From: a virus
Lineage: Duplodnaviria; Caudoviricetes
Length of the DNA: 26,450 bases
Direction: 5' to 3' (one strand)
Virus record (IMG/VR): IMGVR_UViG_3300037280_000023
Coordinates: 1-26,450 of that record
A model generated the notes under the pieces. It saw only the letters and a program-made list of their open reading frames with translations, was not told the DNA's origin and did no database searches. Every line of letters begins with the position of its first letter. Position 1 is the first letter of the stretch. This document shows, piece after piece, positions 17,358 to 25,628 of the stretch. Both the position numbers and the translations under genes were made by a program.

Positions 17358-18495
17358 CTGCGGCCTCCTTGAACTTGCCCCAATCGAAATCCCTGGCGCG
17401 CTCGACGCCCGCTGCGCTCATTCGCGCAAGGCGCTTCGGGTCGCGCTTGAGATCGACGATGATCTTGGCTAGCGCTGCGGGGCTGATGTTGGCGTACTTG
17501 ACCCCGCTCTTGGCAAGCTCCCAATCGTAGACCGGGATGCCCACACCTGCGGGTGATGCCACTTCCCAACCGGCTGCGTACTTTGTGACTACGACTGGAG
17601 TCCCACTGGCCATGGCCTCTGCGATAGGAAGGCCGAAGCCCTCGACCTGGGACGGCAGCACGAATAGGTCGGCTGCGCGGTACAGATCAGCAAGGCCAGG
17701 AAGACCCGCTCCACCATTGACTTCGGGGATATGTGCGCCGAACTCGGTCATGCTTGGGTTGAACATAACCACGTCGTGCAGCCCCATGGAGTCTGAGATT
17801 TGAGGAAGGTGCCAGCCGTCGAGCCAGTGCTTCATGAAGGGCACGGTGTGGTCATACAGCATGACGTCCTTCTGCTTGAACGTCGTGCGAACCTGTCGGA
17901 TCGCCTCGAACAAGCGGGGATGCTGCTTACGACGTACATTCTGCGCCACTGTCATGACGATGAACTTGTCGGTCCAGCCGAGCAGCTTGCGAGTTGCCTC
18001 GCGCTTCTCAGTGTCAGGGTAGAAGGTGTCGTGGTCAACGCCGTGGTAGGCCCACTTGGCGTCCACGCCTGTATCACGCTTGAGGACGCGCTGCCCATAT
18101 TCGGAGCAAGCAAGCGGATGAACCTTGCGCATGACGGTTCGCCATGAGTCCAGCCCAATCGGCTCACCCTCGACCACCGTGTAGGCGACGAAGGGGACGC
18201 TGGCTGGAGAGAACATGGCCAGGGCAGTAATGCCGCCCGGCTCGCTTGTTGCGAAGATCACGTCTGGCTTGAAGTCCTCGACCGCTTCCGCGATCCGCAA
18301 GACCCCCATGTTGTCGCCCTGTTCGGGGACATACTGCGTGAAGTTGGGGATGTCGCAGGGCTTTTCCTCGGTCTGCAACGCCGTTACCGACGCCACTTCC
18401 CATCCAGCCTCCAGAAACGCTTCGAGTGCGTTCCGCTGAACTCGACCGAAACCAGTTGTGAGAAGGGGGCTATCGCCCAACATCAAGACCTTCAA
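17281..18495 (-). CDS. glycosyltransferase family 4 (GT-B fold)
   Basis: MKVLMLGDSP...TGFGRV, YHGVD, RRKQHP, LYRAADLFVLPSQVEGFGLPIAEAMASGTPVV, FDW; AAGGAG SD before TTG. Confidence 0.93.
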   Translation of the reverse strand: MKVLMLGDSPLLTTGFGRVQRNALEAFLEAGWEVASVTALQTEEKPCDIPNFTQYVPEQGDNMGVLRIAEAVEDFKPDVIFATSEPGGITALAMFSPASVPFVAYTVVEGEPIGLDSWRTVMRKVHPLACSEYGQRVLKRDTGVDAKWAYHGVDHDTFYPDTEKREATRKLLGWTDKFIVMTVAQNVRRKQHPRLFEAIRQVRTTFKQKDVMLYDHTVPFMKHWLDGWHLPQISDSMGLHDVVMFNPSMTEFGAHIPEVNGGAGLPGLADLYRAADLFVLPSQVEGFGLPIAEAMASGTPVVVTKYAAGWEVASPAGVGIPVYDWELAKSGVKYANISPAALAKIIVDLKRDPKRLARMSAAGVERARDFDWGKFKEAAVDACKDAAQAPEGERPVQGQEALGI

Positions 18496-18513
18496 GAGGC
18501 TCTCCTTGTTGTG

Positions 18514-18765
18514 TTATTCAGCGCGCCTGCGAGCGGCCCTTGCTAGCTTGTTGGTGCACTCGGCCAGAATGTCGTCCAGAGTGCGAGTCTCGCCGGACTC
18601 GATATTGCGGCGGTAGCCCCTGATCCAGGCGTTCTGCGCCCACTCAGGTCGATCCACCGGGACCGCAATGACTCCATCCACGACGGGCAACTCGCCCTCG
18701 TAGAAGTAGAACACTCGGTCACCTTCGAAGAACGTGTGCTTGAGCTTGACTACTGGTGTCGCCAT
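18514..18765 (-). CDS. hypothetical protein after the capsid gene (possible virion accessory protein)
   Basis: GGGAGG SD, 83 aa, fits the operon. Confidence 0.72.
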   Translation of the reverse strand: MATPVVKLKHTFFEGDRVFYFYEGELPVVDGVIAVPVDRPEWAQNAWIRGYRRNIESGETRTLDDILAECTNKLARAARRRAE

Positions 18766-18770
18766 GGTGC

Positions 18771-18811
18771 CTCCCGAAGGAGCCAGTGGGGGCCACCCGA
18801 AGGCAGCCCCC
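18771..18811 (-). promoter_or_regulatory. two C(UUCG)G hairpins after the capsid gene
   Basis: GGGGGCTGCC-TTCG-GGTGGCCCCC (18788-18811) and CTCC-TTCG-GGAG (18771-18782); the second overlaps the next gene's SD. Confidence 0.7.
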
Positions 18812-18823
18812 GCCGACTACTGA

Positions 18824-19711
18824 TTACCCGAGTGTCGTGTTGGCCACGGCGGTGAAGCCGGTCAACTCGACTGGACGGCCTTCGAGCGCGAAGCCACCGT
18901 ACCACTTGATCATGAAGTCGGTGCTGTCCTTGGTGTGGGCAAGCTCCTCGTACATGAAGTCCTGGTGGACCAGCAACTTGGCGTCCGCACGACGGAAGGC
19001 AGCGATCTTGGTCGTGCTCTCCAGGTGCATGTCCGTGATGATCGGCACGCCGTCATACGCCAGCACGCGGAAGCCCGCCTGGACCTCAACCTTGTCTACG
19101 AACTGCTGCTGCGCCTGGAGCAGGCTGTTGATCTTGCGACGAACAGCACGGCTTGCCAGGATCGTGTCAGCGGTTCCGTAGGCCGCGTCGAGCATCTCGT
19201 CGATGTACGCAAGGGACAGCGCGCCACTCATGGTGAGCACGCCGCCAGCGTTCATCTGATCTGCTGACTCGATCTGCGCGAAGATGCCGTACAGGTCGGC
19301 CACGCCTGTGCCGTTGGCGATGTTCGTGCTCAGGTTGTCCACGAGAGCGCGGCTGTGGGCCTCGATCTCCATGGCCAGAGCGTCGATCACGGTTCCAGCG
19401 GCCTTCGCCATCGGACCGGTGACCTCACCACGGGTGTACAGGTAGGCAACCGGCATGCTCACACGGGTGTGTGTCGTGTTGGTTGCTGCGGGCAGCACCT
19501 GTCCGCCGTTGTTCGACCAGCTAGCTGTTGGGTTGGCCGTGCGCAGGCGGATGAAGTACGTGTTCGATGCCCACGGGGTGTGGGTCACCGCGTTGTACAG
19601 CACCGGCTGCTGTAGGGTGTAGTCGCGGATGCCCCCGTCGATGAGCGTCGGGAACAGATACTGCGCCTCACCTGCTGCAAGGTCTAGGGCCTTGCGAATG
19701 TCTGTAGTCAT
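18824..19711 (-). CDS. major capsid protein (HK97 fold)
   Basis: 295 aa after the protease/scaffold; YLFPTLID, ASWSNNGG, IANGTG...LYGIF, LAYDGVPII, FMIKWYGGFAL; followed by strong hairpins. Confidence 0.9.
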   Translation of the reverse strand: MTTDIRKALDLAAGEAQYLFPTLIDGGIRDYTLQQPVLYNAVTHTPWASNTYFIRLRTANPTASWSNNGGQVLPAATNTTHTRVSMPVAYLYTRGEVTGPMAKAAGTVIDALAMEIEAHSRALVDNLSTNIANGTGVADLYGIFAQIESADQMNAGGVLTMSGALSLAYIDEMLDAAYGTADTILASRAVRRKINSLLQAQQQFVDKVEVQAGFRVLAYDGVPIITDMHLESTTKIAAFRRADAKLLVHQDFMYEELAHTKDSTDFMIKWYGGFALEGRPVELTGFTAVANTTLG

Positions 19712-19723
19712 GTCTGACCCTTT

Positions 19724-21100
19724 CTACTGGTGCTTGAGCGTGAGCCCGAAGCGCATTCGCTCCTGAGGACTCATGCTGTCGATGGCCTTAGCTAGCTGCT
19801 CGCCCGGTTCCTCGCTCCTTACAAGCGCGGGGGCCTGAGTAGCAGGCATGGCCTCAAGTTCTGCGACGCGAGCGGTCTTCTCGGTCAGAGAACGCTCAAG
19901 CTCCGTGATCTTGGTCGTGAGGTCAGTCTTCTCGACTTCCCACGACTTGATCAGGTCTGGCTCTGCGTCAGACGAGTCCGACTTCGCTGGTTCCTCAGTG
20001 ACGCCAAGGTCACCCAGGAACGAGTCTAGTTCCGCGCGTAGCGCCAGAAGGCGCTTTGCGTTTGCCGCCGAAAGCGGGCGACCAGCCTTTTCCACGTCAA
20101 CGTCTTCGGTAGCCGACATGGCCACGTCAGCCCCGCAGTTTCCGCAACGTGAAGCAGATGTGTCTTCGGGTGTGCCGATTGCCGCGATCTCGCGCGACTG
20201 CACGCCCTGAAGCAAGGCAATAGCTGCCTTCAGGTCCGCGATGGTGGCGGGGTCGTCCGTCTCCCCTAGCTGGCTGACCAGGCTGGCGATAGAGTACCCA
20301 ATCGAAACCGCGTCAGACGCAGCCTCGCTTGACTTCTCCGTGTCGGCAGTCTCGTCGGCTGCTGCCTCATCGGCAACGGCCTTGTCAGTTACGGGAGCCT
20401 CGTCGTCCCCAAGAGACTCATCAGCCACGACCGCCTCGTCAGTTGCCTCGGCACTTGACTTGTCGGTGGTGTCTGTGGTATCCTCAATTGCAACAGCGTC
20501 AGACGAAGCGGCCTGCTCGCCTGCCTGGAGCGTGTCCTGTTCGTCCACGTTCTCTCCTTCGGACTCGGCAGTTGCCTCGTCAATAGCCTTGGACAGCACG
20601 GTCCCGAATGAAGGGGTCCATGCTGGCCGGGTGGTGTTGCTGATCTCGGTCAAGATCACGTCCTTGTAGGTACGGATTACCTTGCCGACCTCAGCTACGA
20701 ACTCGTCAGCGTAGTCCTTGACCATGCCCGCGATGGACATGCCCCACTTGCGCTTCTTGGTCGTGATGCTGTTGAACAGCCAGTCAGCGGCAGGGTTGCC
20801 GTCTTCTAGCTTGACCTCGATGCCCATGTGCGTGCGGTCGTCAACCCACGCACGAGTGATCTCGCCTAGGTCACGCAGAACGCCATCAGAGGCGTGTGCG
20901 TCGCGGTACACCAGCGGAGTACCAGCAGCGGCCATGTCTGTGATCTGCTGTGCGAACTGCACAATGCATTCAGGCGACATGCGCTCGTTGGTGGCGTCGA
21001 TCTCGGGACCAGACGCCTCTCCGGTGATGTATCGTCCGTCCTCACGCTGTTCGGCCTTGAGGATCGGGAATGTGTAGCGGAAAGGTGCTGTCTTCTTCAT
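19724..21100 (-). CDS. prohead protease fused to an acidic/coiled-coil scaffold
   Basis: N-terminal YITGEASGPEIDATNERM, DAH, WGMSIAG, LTEISNTTRPA protease motifs; D/E/A/T-rich and coiled-coil C-terminal half. Confidence 0.88.
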   Translation of the reverse strand: MKKTAPFRYTFPILKAEQREDGRYITGEASGPEIDATNERMSPECIVQFAQQITDMAAAGTPLVYRDAHASDGVLRDLGEITRAWVDDRTHMGIEVKLEDGNPAADWLFNSITTKKRKWGMSIAGMVKDYADEFVAEVGKVIRTYKDVILTEISNTTRPAWTPSFGTVLSKAIDEATAESEGENVDEQDTLQAGEQAASSDAVAIEDTTDTTDKSSAEATDEAVVADESLGDDEAPVTDKAVADEAAADETADTEKSSEAASDAVSIGYSIASLVSQLGETDDPATIADLKAAIALLQGVQSREIAAIGTPEDTSASRCGNCGADVAMSATEDVDVEKAGRPLSAANAKRLLALRAELDSFLGDLGVTEEPAKSDSSDAEPDLIKSWEVEKTDLTTKITELERSLTEKTARVAELEAMPATQAPALVRSEEPGEQLAKAIDSMSPQERMRFGLTLKHQ

Positions 21101-21108
21101 GGGCTTCC

Positions 21109-22557
21109 TTACCTGCCGCCAGAGGTTCCGGGCTTGCCGGGTTCACCGGAGTGGCCTGGCCTACCGGGCTTGCCGGGAATGCGTGGAGCGCCAGGGTGGC
21201 CCTTGCCACCGCCTGCTGGCGCAGCCGCTGCTGCTGGACGACCGCCGTTCGCTGTGCCCACACCGCTGACCGCGCTACCTGCCGCCGGGTTGGCTACAGG
21301 GTTGGCGACCAGCCGTGCTGCCACCTCGTCGATCATTTCGAGAGGAATGACACCAGCGGCTGACTGGATGGCGTGGACGTCTCCACCCTTGATGTTGGAG
21401 TACCCGAAGTCACCACGGATTTCGTTGACGCTCAGAACGCCCATGCGCTCAAGCTCTGCAAGCATCTTGGTCATTTCGATCAAGTCGCGCTTGCTGGCCT
21501 CGCGGAAGCGGAACAGAATGTCGTCCCATCCAAACAACTCAAGGATGAGCTTGTTGTTGATTTCTTCCTCGATGATCGACTGCCAACCGGCCAGCGACTC
21601 GGAGCGGAACGTGTTGTCAGACTCCTTGCCGGTAGAGCGGTTCGAGCCCCCTGTGATCTGGAGCTTCTCTGGCGGAATGTCGAGAACGGACAGGATTTCC
21701 TGGCGGTTGAAGGTACGGCCCTCAAGGAACTGCATATCAGCAGGTGAGGTACCGGCCCTCTCGACCTTGATGTCACCCTCAAGGATGAGGGGGCGATGTG
21801 CGTTTGCTGCGCCCACGTAGTTCTGGTCGAGCCATGCGCGATTGCGCTCCACTTCGTCAGTAGACGCGCCGCTCATATTGAACACGATGCCAGTCTGAGC
21901 GCTGTTCTCGAAGAACTTGCCGTTGTACTCGATTGCGAATAGGTCGTTGGCAATCGTGTGCTGGAGGCTAGCCAGCAGGCTCAGGCCGTGGATGTCGTCG
22001 TCCGGGTCCTCCAGCTTGAAGTGGAGAATGACCTTGGCCTGGTACGTGATGCCGTCAGAGTCGTCCGGCATGGTGCAATACTTGTACGTCGAAATGGTCA
22101 CGTTGTCCGCAGACTTCGGGTCAACGTACTTCGGGTGCAGGCGCTGCCCACGGATCGGCTTGCCGCCGAGCGTAGTCTCGACCCACATGTAAGTCTCGCC
22201 GTAGATGCTGATGTCCTTGGCAAGTAGGCGCAGTAGCTGCAACCCACCCGACTTGCGGAAGAAGGCGTGTAGCTCCTTGGCGCGAGCCTTGTTCAGGTCT
22301 TCCTCAGCGTCAAACGGCGCAAAGATGAAACCGTTGGACACGGTTGTCTTGGCGATCTTCTCGACACCGGCACGCAGCGTGGGGTGCTGACGATACATCT
22401 GGTAGTAGATGTCGTACTGGCCACGGCGACGCACGGCGAACGCACGCTCCGTAGGACGCCCCTTGCCGACCGTTGTGAAGCGCGAAGCCGCGCCTGGAAC
22501 GGGGACTGAAACGTCCGCCTTTTCAACTAGGGTCGGTGGCTTGCGAACAGCGGTCAT
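21109..22557 (-). CDS. portal protein (HK97 family)
   Basis: ISIYGETY, VILHFK...IHGLSLL, NGKFFENSAQTG, NAHRPLILEG, DMQFLE, ILSVLDIPP, GVLSVNEIR...GGD. Confidence 0.95.
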   Translation of the reverse strand: MTAVRKPPTLVEKADVSVPVPGAASRFTTVGKGRPTERAFAVRRRGQYDIYYQMYRQHPTLRAGVEKIAKTTVSNGFIFAPFDAEEDLNKARAKELHAFFRKSGGLQLLRLLAKDISIYGETYMWVETTLGGKPIRGQRLHPKYVDPKSADNVTISTYKYCTMPDDSDGITYQAKVILHFKLEDPDDDIHGLSLLASLQHTIANDLFAIEYNGKFFENSAQTGIVFNMSGASTDEVERNRAWLDQNYVGAANAHRPLILEGDIKVERAGTSPADMQFLEGRTFNRQEILSVLDIPPEKLQITGGSNRSTGKESDNTFRSESLAGWQSIIEEEINNKLILELFGWDDILFRFREASKRDLIEMTKMLAELERMGVLSVNEIRGDFGYSNIKGGDVHAIQSAAGVIPLEMIDEVAARLVANPVANPAAGSAVSGVGTANGGRPAAAAAPAGGGKGHPGAPRIPGKPGRPGHSGEPGKPGTSGGR

Positions 22558-22757
22558 GCGGCCTTCTTCAACGAGAACTTGAAGCGGATGTGCCCACCCT
22601 CATAGGTGTCCACAGCCACTGTCCAGTCGTACTTGCCAACCTCGGCCTCACTTGCGCGACCCGACATCATTGCATGACGTACGAGGCGCAGGGCCTGCTT
22701 GGCGTTAGGGGACAACTCCGTTCGATTGACGAGGCTGTCTAGCTGCTGTAGTGTCAT
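22554..22757 (-). CDS. hypothetical protein (67 aa, MTLQQLD...)
   Basis: GAGGA SD; ATGA overlaps at both ends; start moved from 22847 in the ORF track. Confidence 0.7.
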   Translation of the reverse strand: MTLQQLDSLVNRTELSPNAKQALRLVRHAMMSGRASEAEVGKYDWTVAVDTYEGGHIRFKFSLKKAA

Positions 22758-22975
22758 GTGTTCCTCGGCCCAAGCATGGTGACGGTGGCCTTGGTCACGG
22801 TCAGTTGTCGCACGGGCCAAATGACCTGTGCTCCACAGCGACGGCAAGGACCGGTGACGGTCCCTCCCTTGATGGTACGGAACAAGTCACGATGCTTGAT
22901 CGACAGAACGCCCGGCTGCGTCTCGAAGCCGAATAGGCATTCGCATGATGGGCAGACGATTGGCGTGGGGCTCAT
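22754..22975 (-). CDS. small zinc-ribbon protein (Mu Com-like)
   Basis: CPSC...CRRC pairs; GGAGGG SD; TAATG coupling with terL. Confidence 0.7.
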   Translation of the reverse strand: MSPTPIVCPSCECLFGFETQPGVLSIKHRDLFRTIKGGTVTGPCRRCGAQVIWPVRQLTVTKATVTMLGPRNT

Positions 22976-24462
22976 TATCGCCCTCCGAGTGCGCTGATGC
23001 GCGAGGATGCACGGCCCTGTCCATAGAGCGCCAGCATCAACGACCAGAAGTAGTCGTCTCGCTTGGCCCCGGAACCGCCGCTGAACTTGTACAGACCGCT
23101 CTCAGTCTTCGTACGCTTGATGCCGTGGATTTGACGCAGCAGCATCGGGATGTTCGGGTACTGGATGGTCTGACTCTGTAGCTCGCCCTTGAACTTGGTA
23201 GCCCACTGTTCCTTGTTGGCGCTGGTGAAGGTCACACCTTCTACCTTGCTGCCGACCACGGAAGCCTTGAGCTTTTCCACGAACATTGCACCAGGGCCAG
23301 TTGCGTCGATGGAGACTCGTGCGGCCTTGACGCGCTTCACGAGTTCGATGAGGTACTCGGCCTGGTTGAGGTATGTATCCTGTGACGTCTTCATGAACCG
23401 GACCATCGCAACGCGCTCGCCCTCAGGCGTTTCGCGGTGCTCAACGACCGTGAACACGGACTCGTCTCGTTCCTTGGCCAAGTCCACCCCGACGGTAATC
23501 TGGCCTTCGGGCTCCCACCCGGCAGGAATGCTGGCCCAGACACGCTGCTCGTCGTCACGGCCATTGACCACCAGTTCCCAGGGGTAGTACGCTTCGCTCT
23601 CGTCAATGAACGAGGCTTCGTACTCCATCTGGAAGCTGAGCAGGTCGCCACCGAAGCCCTGGAGGATTGTCAGGAGCTTGTCGGTGCCGTACTTGCGAAC
23701 GCGAGCTTCGGTGTCAAGCTCGCCAGCCATGGCGTAAGCCTCAGCTAGCATGTCGAGCTTGACCATTGCCGAGCACTCCCACCAAGGGATCGCGTGGCGG
23801 CTGTACTGCGGGTAGCTGGCGACGTCGGTTGCGATGTCGTAGAACAACCCATTCTGGCCGAGCGGTGTGCTGACAATCGAAAGCCGTCCCCCGCCACGAG
23901 TGATGGCAGGCATGGCGGCTGTGTAGAGCTTCTTGGCATCGCGGATGTGAGCGAACTCGTCGAAGTAGATGTCCTTGCGACCACCACGGATAGCGGAGGA
24001 AGCGGGCTGGCTGATCAGCGTGGACACGTACGGAGGACGCCCCAGGGCGAACTCGTGCTCGCTGTCCTTCCACAAGACCTTCTTGATCGGGTCGTCACCT
24101 TCCGCGAATGCGTCAGGGATGCTGTGGTAGAGGTTGCGGGCAATCTCAATCTTGTCTGCCGCCTCGGTCTGGTTGATCGAGACGTAGTTGGCCTTGTAGG
24201 GCTTGGTGGCTACGAGAGCCTTGGCGAACCCCTCGGCAGCGATGATGGTCGATAGGCCGATCTGCCTAGACTTGTTCGCCAGACGGAAGTCCGAGCGGTC
24301 GTTCAGCCAGCGAACCTGATACGGTTCGAGCTTCGTCGGGGCCGCGTCCAACTCCGTCAACAATTCGAGGATCACTGCCGGGTACATTTCCGACAAGGAC
24401 AGCAAGTCGTCCCGCGTCAAACCCGCGTCGGTCAGCGATAGTGATGATGAGGTCTGAGCCAT
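22975..24462 (-). CDS. terL: terminase large subunit
   Basis: LEPYQ, Walker A KSRQIGLS, Walker B IYFDEFA, coupling motif VSTPLG, nuclease GVDLAK / IDATG / RDDYFWS; exact start uncertain. Confidence 0.96.
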   Translation of the reverse strand: MAQTSSSLSLTDAGLTRDDLLSLSEMYPAVILELLTELDAAPTKLEPYQVRWLNDRSDFRLANKSRQIGLSTIIAAEGFAKALVATKPYKANYVSINQTEAADKIEIARNLYHSIPDAFAEGDDPIKKVLWKDSEHEFALGRPPYVSTLISQPASSAIRGGRKDIYFDEFAHIRDAKKLYTAAMPAITRGGGRLSIVSTPLGQNGLFYDIATDVASYPQYSRHAIPWWECSAMVKLDMLAEAYAMAGELDTEARVRKYGTDKLLTILQGFGGDLLSFQMEYEASFIDESEAYYPWELVVNGRDDEQRVWASIPAGWEPEGQITVGVDLAKERDESVFTVVEHRETPEGERVAMVRFMKTSQDTYLNQAEYLIELVKRVKAARVSIDATGPGAMFVEKLKASVVGSKVEGVTFTSANKEQWATKFKGELQSQTIQYPNIPMLLRQIHGIKRTKTESGLYKFSGGSGAKRDDYFWSLMLALYGQGRASSRISALGGR

Positions 24463-24958
24463 CCGGTGGCTTCCCTTCGTCGCGCTTCTCGATGTTGGCG
24501 CGCAGTGTCAGCAGGCTCGTCAGCGCCTTGAGTCGTTCGGTGACGTCTCGGCGGAACCACTGCTTGGGGGCTGTGTCTCCGGTGTCCTTCACCATTTCCA
24601 TCGCGTCTTCGATGTTCTCTGGCGGGGTCGGTGGACGCATTTCGTCAATAAGCGCTGCCCACAGGTTCCTGCCGAGAAGCAGGATCAGAGTGTCAAGCTC
24701 TGACTTTGTGGAGACGGTCTTGCCGTCCTTGATAACGCCCTTGAGGTATTCGTAGTGTTCGGGCGGAACCTGATCCTTCATCGCCAGCAGGATGCCTGCG
24801 GCCATTTCGGAAGGGATCAGACCCTTAGGCTTGTTCGGCGTGCCCGGCGGACGACCTGGACCCCTCTTGGGGCGTCCTGCCTGTCCCTGTGAAGCTAGGC
24901 CCGGTCGTGAGCCCTCGGTGGTGCGCTTGCGGGCGCTGCCTGCTGTTCCGACTGGCAT
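24266..24958 (-). CDS. probable terminase small subunit
   Basis: Immediately upstream of and overlapping terL; N-terminal GRPKRGPGRPPGTPNK motif and helical core; TAATG coupling with the upstream gene. Confidence 0.65.
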   Translation of the reverse strand: MPVGTAGSARKRTTEGSRPGLASQGQAGRPKRGPGRPPGTPNKPKGLIPSEMAAGILLAMKDQVPPEHYEYLKGVIKDGKTVSTKSELDTLILLLGRNLWAALIDEMRPPTPPENIEDAMEMVKDTGDTAPKQWFRRDVTERLKALTSLLTLRANIEKRDEGKPPDGSDLIITIADRRGFDAGRLAVLVGNVPGSDPRIVDGVGRGPDEARTVSGSLAERPLGLPSGEQV

Positions 24959-25161
24959 TACGATCCGTCCTTGTAGTTCTTGTCCACGCACGACCAGCCC
25001 CTACCGTGAAAGTAGATCGCTGGCTTGCCGGTGTTGAACACCCTCTCCGAGTCGAACGCCTTGCACTCAGGGCACGTCTGCAACTCGTCACGATTGTCCA
25101 TCGCGGTCATTGCATCGAAGTGCTCTCCGCAGCGCTTGCAGCGGTACTCATAATTCGGCAC
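24958..25161 (-). CDS. FmdB-family zinc-ribbon protein
   Basis: MPNYEYRCKRCGEHF...CPEC...RVF...IYFHGRGW; AAGGAG SD before GTG at 25161. Confidence 0.88.
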   Translation of the reverse strand: MPNYEYRCKRCGEHFDAMTAMDNRDELQTCPECKAFDSERVFNTGKPAIYFHGRGWSCVDKNYKDGS

Positions 25162-25492
25162 TGGCAGTGCTCCTTCTGCTGTACGTACGGAAGCGATGGC
25201 AGTTAGCACACACCACGTCGCACTTCGCCATCTCCGCAAGCAGCATTGCCTCGGAGACATCGGTCATTAGCCCTACGCCGCGCTTCTTGGACTCACCATC
25301 CCGGTGATCGAAGTCCATGCACTCAGTGTGGAACACCCCACCGCAGTCCACGCAGGGTACGCTCTTGGCCGCGACGATCAAGGCTCGATTGCGAGCGCGT
25401 ACTCGCTGCGCTGCTTCGAGGTTGATTTCTCGCCTGCGCTCAGGGTTGTCAATTCTCCACTGACGGTTACGCTCTGCGCGAGTCATTGTCAT
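25148..25492 (-). CDS. HNH endonuclease
   Basis: CVDCG...MDFDHRD...K...EMAKCDVVCANCHRFRT; AGGAGG SD. Confidence 0.9.
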   Translation of the reverse strand: MTMTRAERNRQWRIDNPERRREINLEAAQRVRARNRALIVAAKSVPCVDCGGVFHTECMDFDHRDGESKKRGVGLMTDVSEAMLLAEMAKCDVVCANCHRFRTYSRRSTASAEL

Positions 25493-25547
25493 ACATCCTC
25501 CTGCATGAGGGTGTAAGCCCCGGATGCAGCCGGGGCTTATCTATTCC

Positions 25548-25599
25548 AGAAAAGGAAATAGCCCCCAAGTCAGCGCATCAAGGCGACAAGGGGGCTATT
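25548..25599 (-). terminator. terminator-like hairpin at the end of the tRNA array
   Basis: AATAGCCCCC...GGGGGCTATT stem followed by TCCTTTTCT; an upstream CCTTGCGG/CCGTAAGG hairpin is also present. Confidence 0.6.
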
Positions 25600-25628
25600 G
25601 GCCTTACGGGCGAAGCCGCAAGGGGAGT

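Noticed and set aside
105-25260. ORF-track starts at 105, 698, 14147, 22847, 24991 and 25260
   Set aside because: Downstream starts (177, 755, 14093, 22757, 24958, 25161) have SD sequences or stop/start coupling and avoid long overlaps.
2440-25307. Many + strand ORFs opposite the structural genes (such as 2440..2958, 14072..14569, 20894..21820) and - strand ORFs opposite rtcB
   Set aside because: Antisense shadows expected from high GC3 codon bias; no family motifs, and they fully overlap well-supported genes.
25514-25539. AAGCCCCGG...CCGGGG palindrome resembling IS200/IS605 end hairpins
   Set aside because: No TnpA, TnpB or IscB gene nearby; better explained as part of the HNH leader structure.
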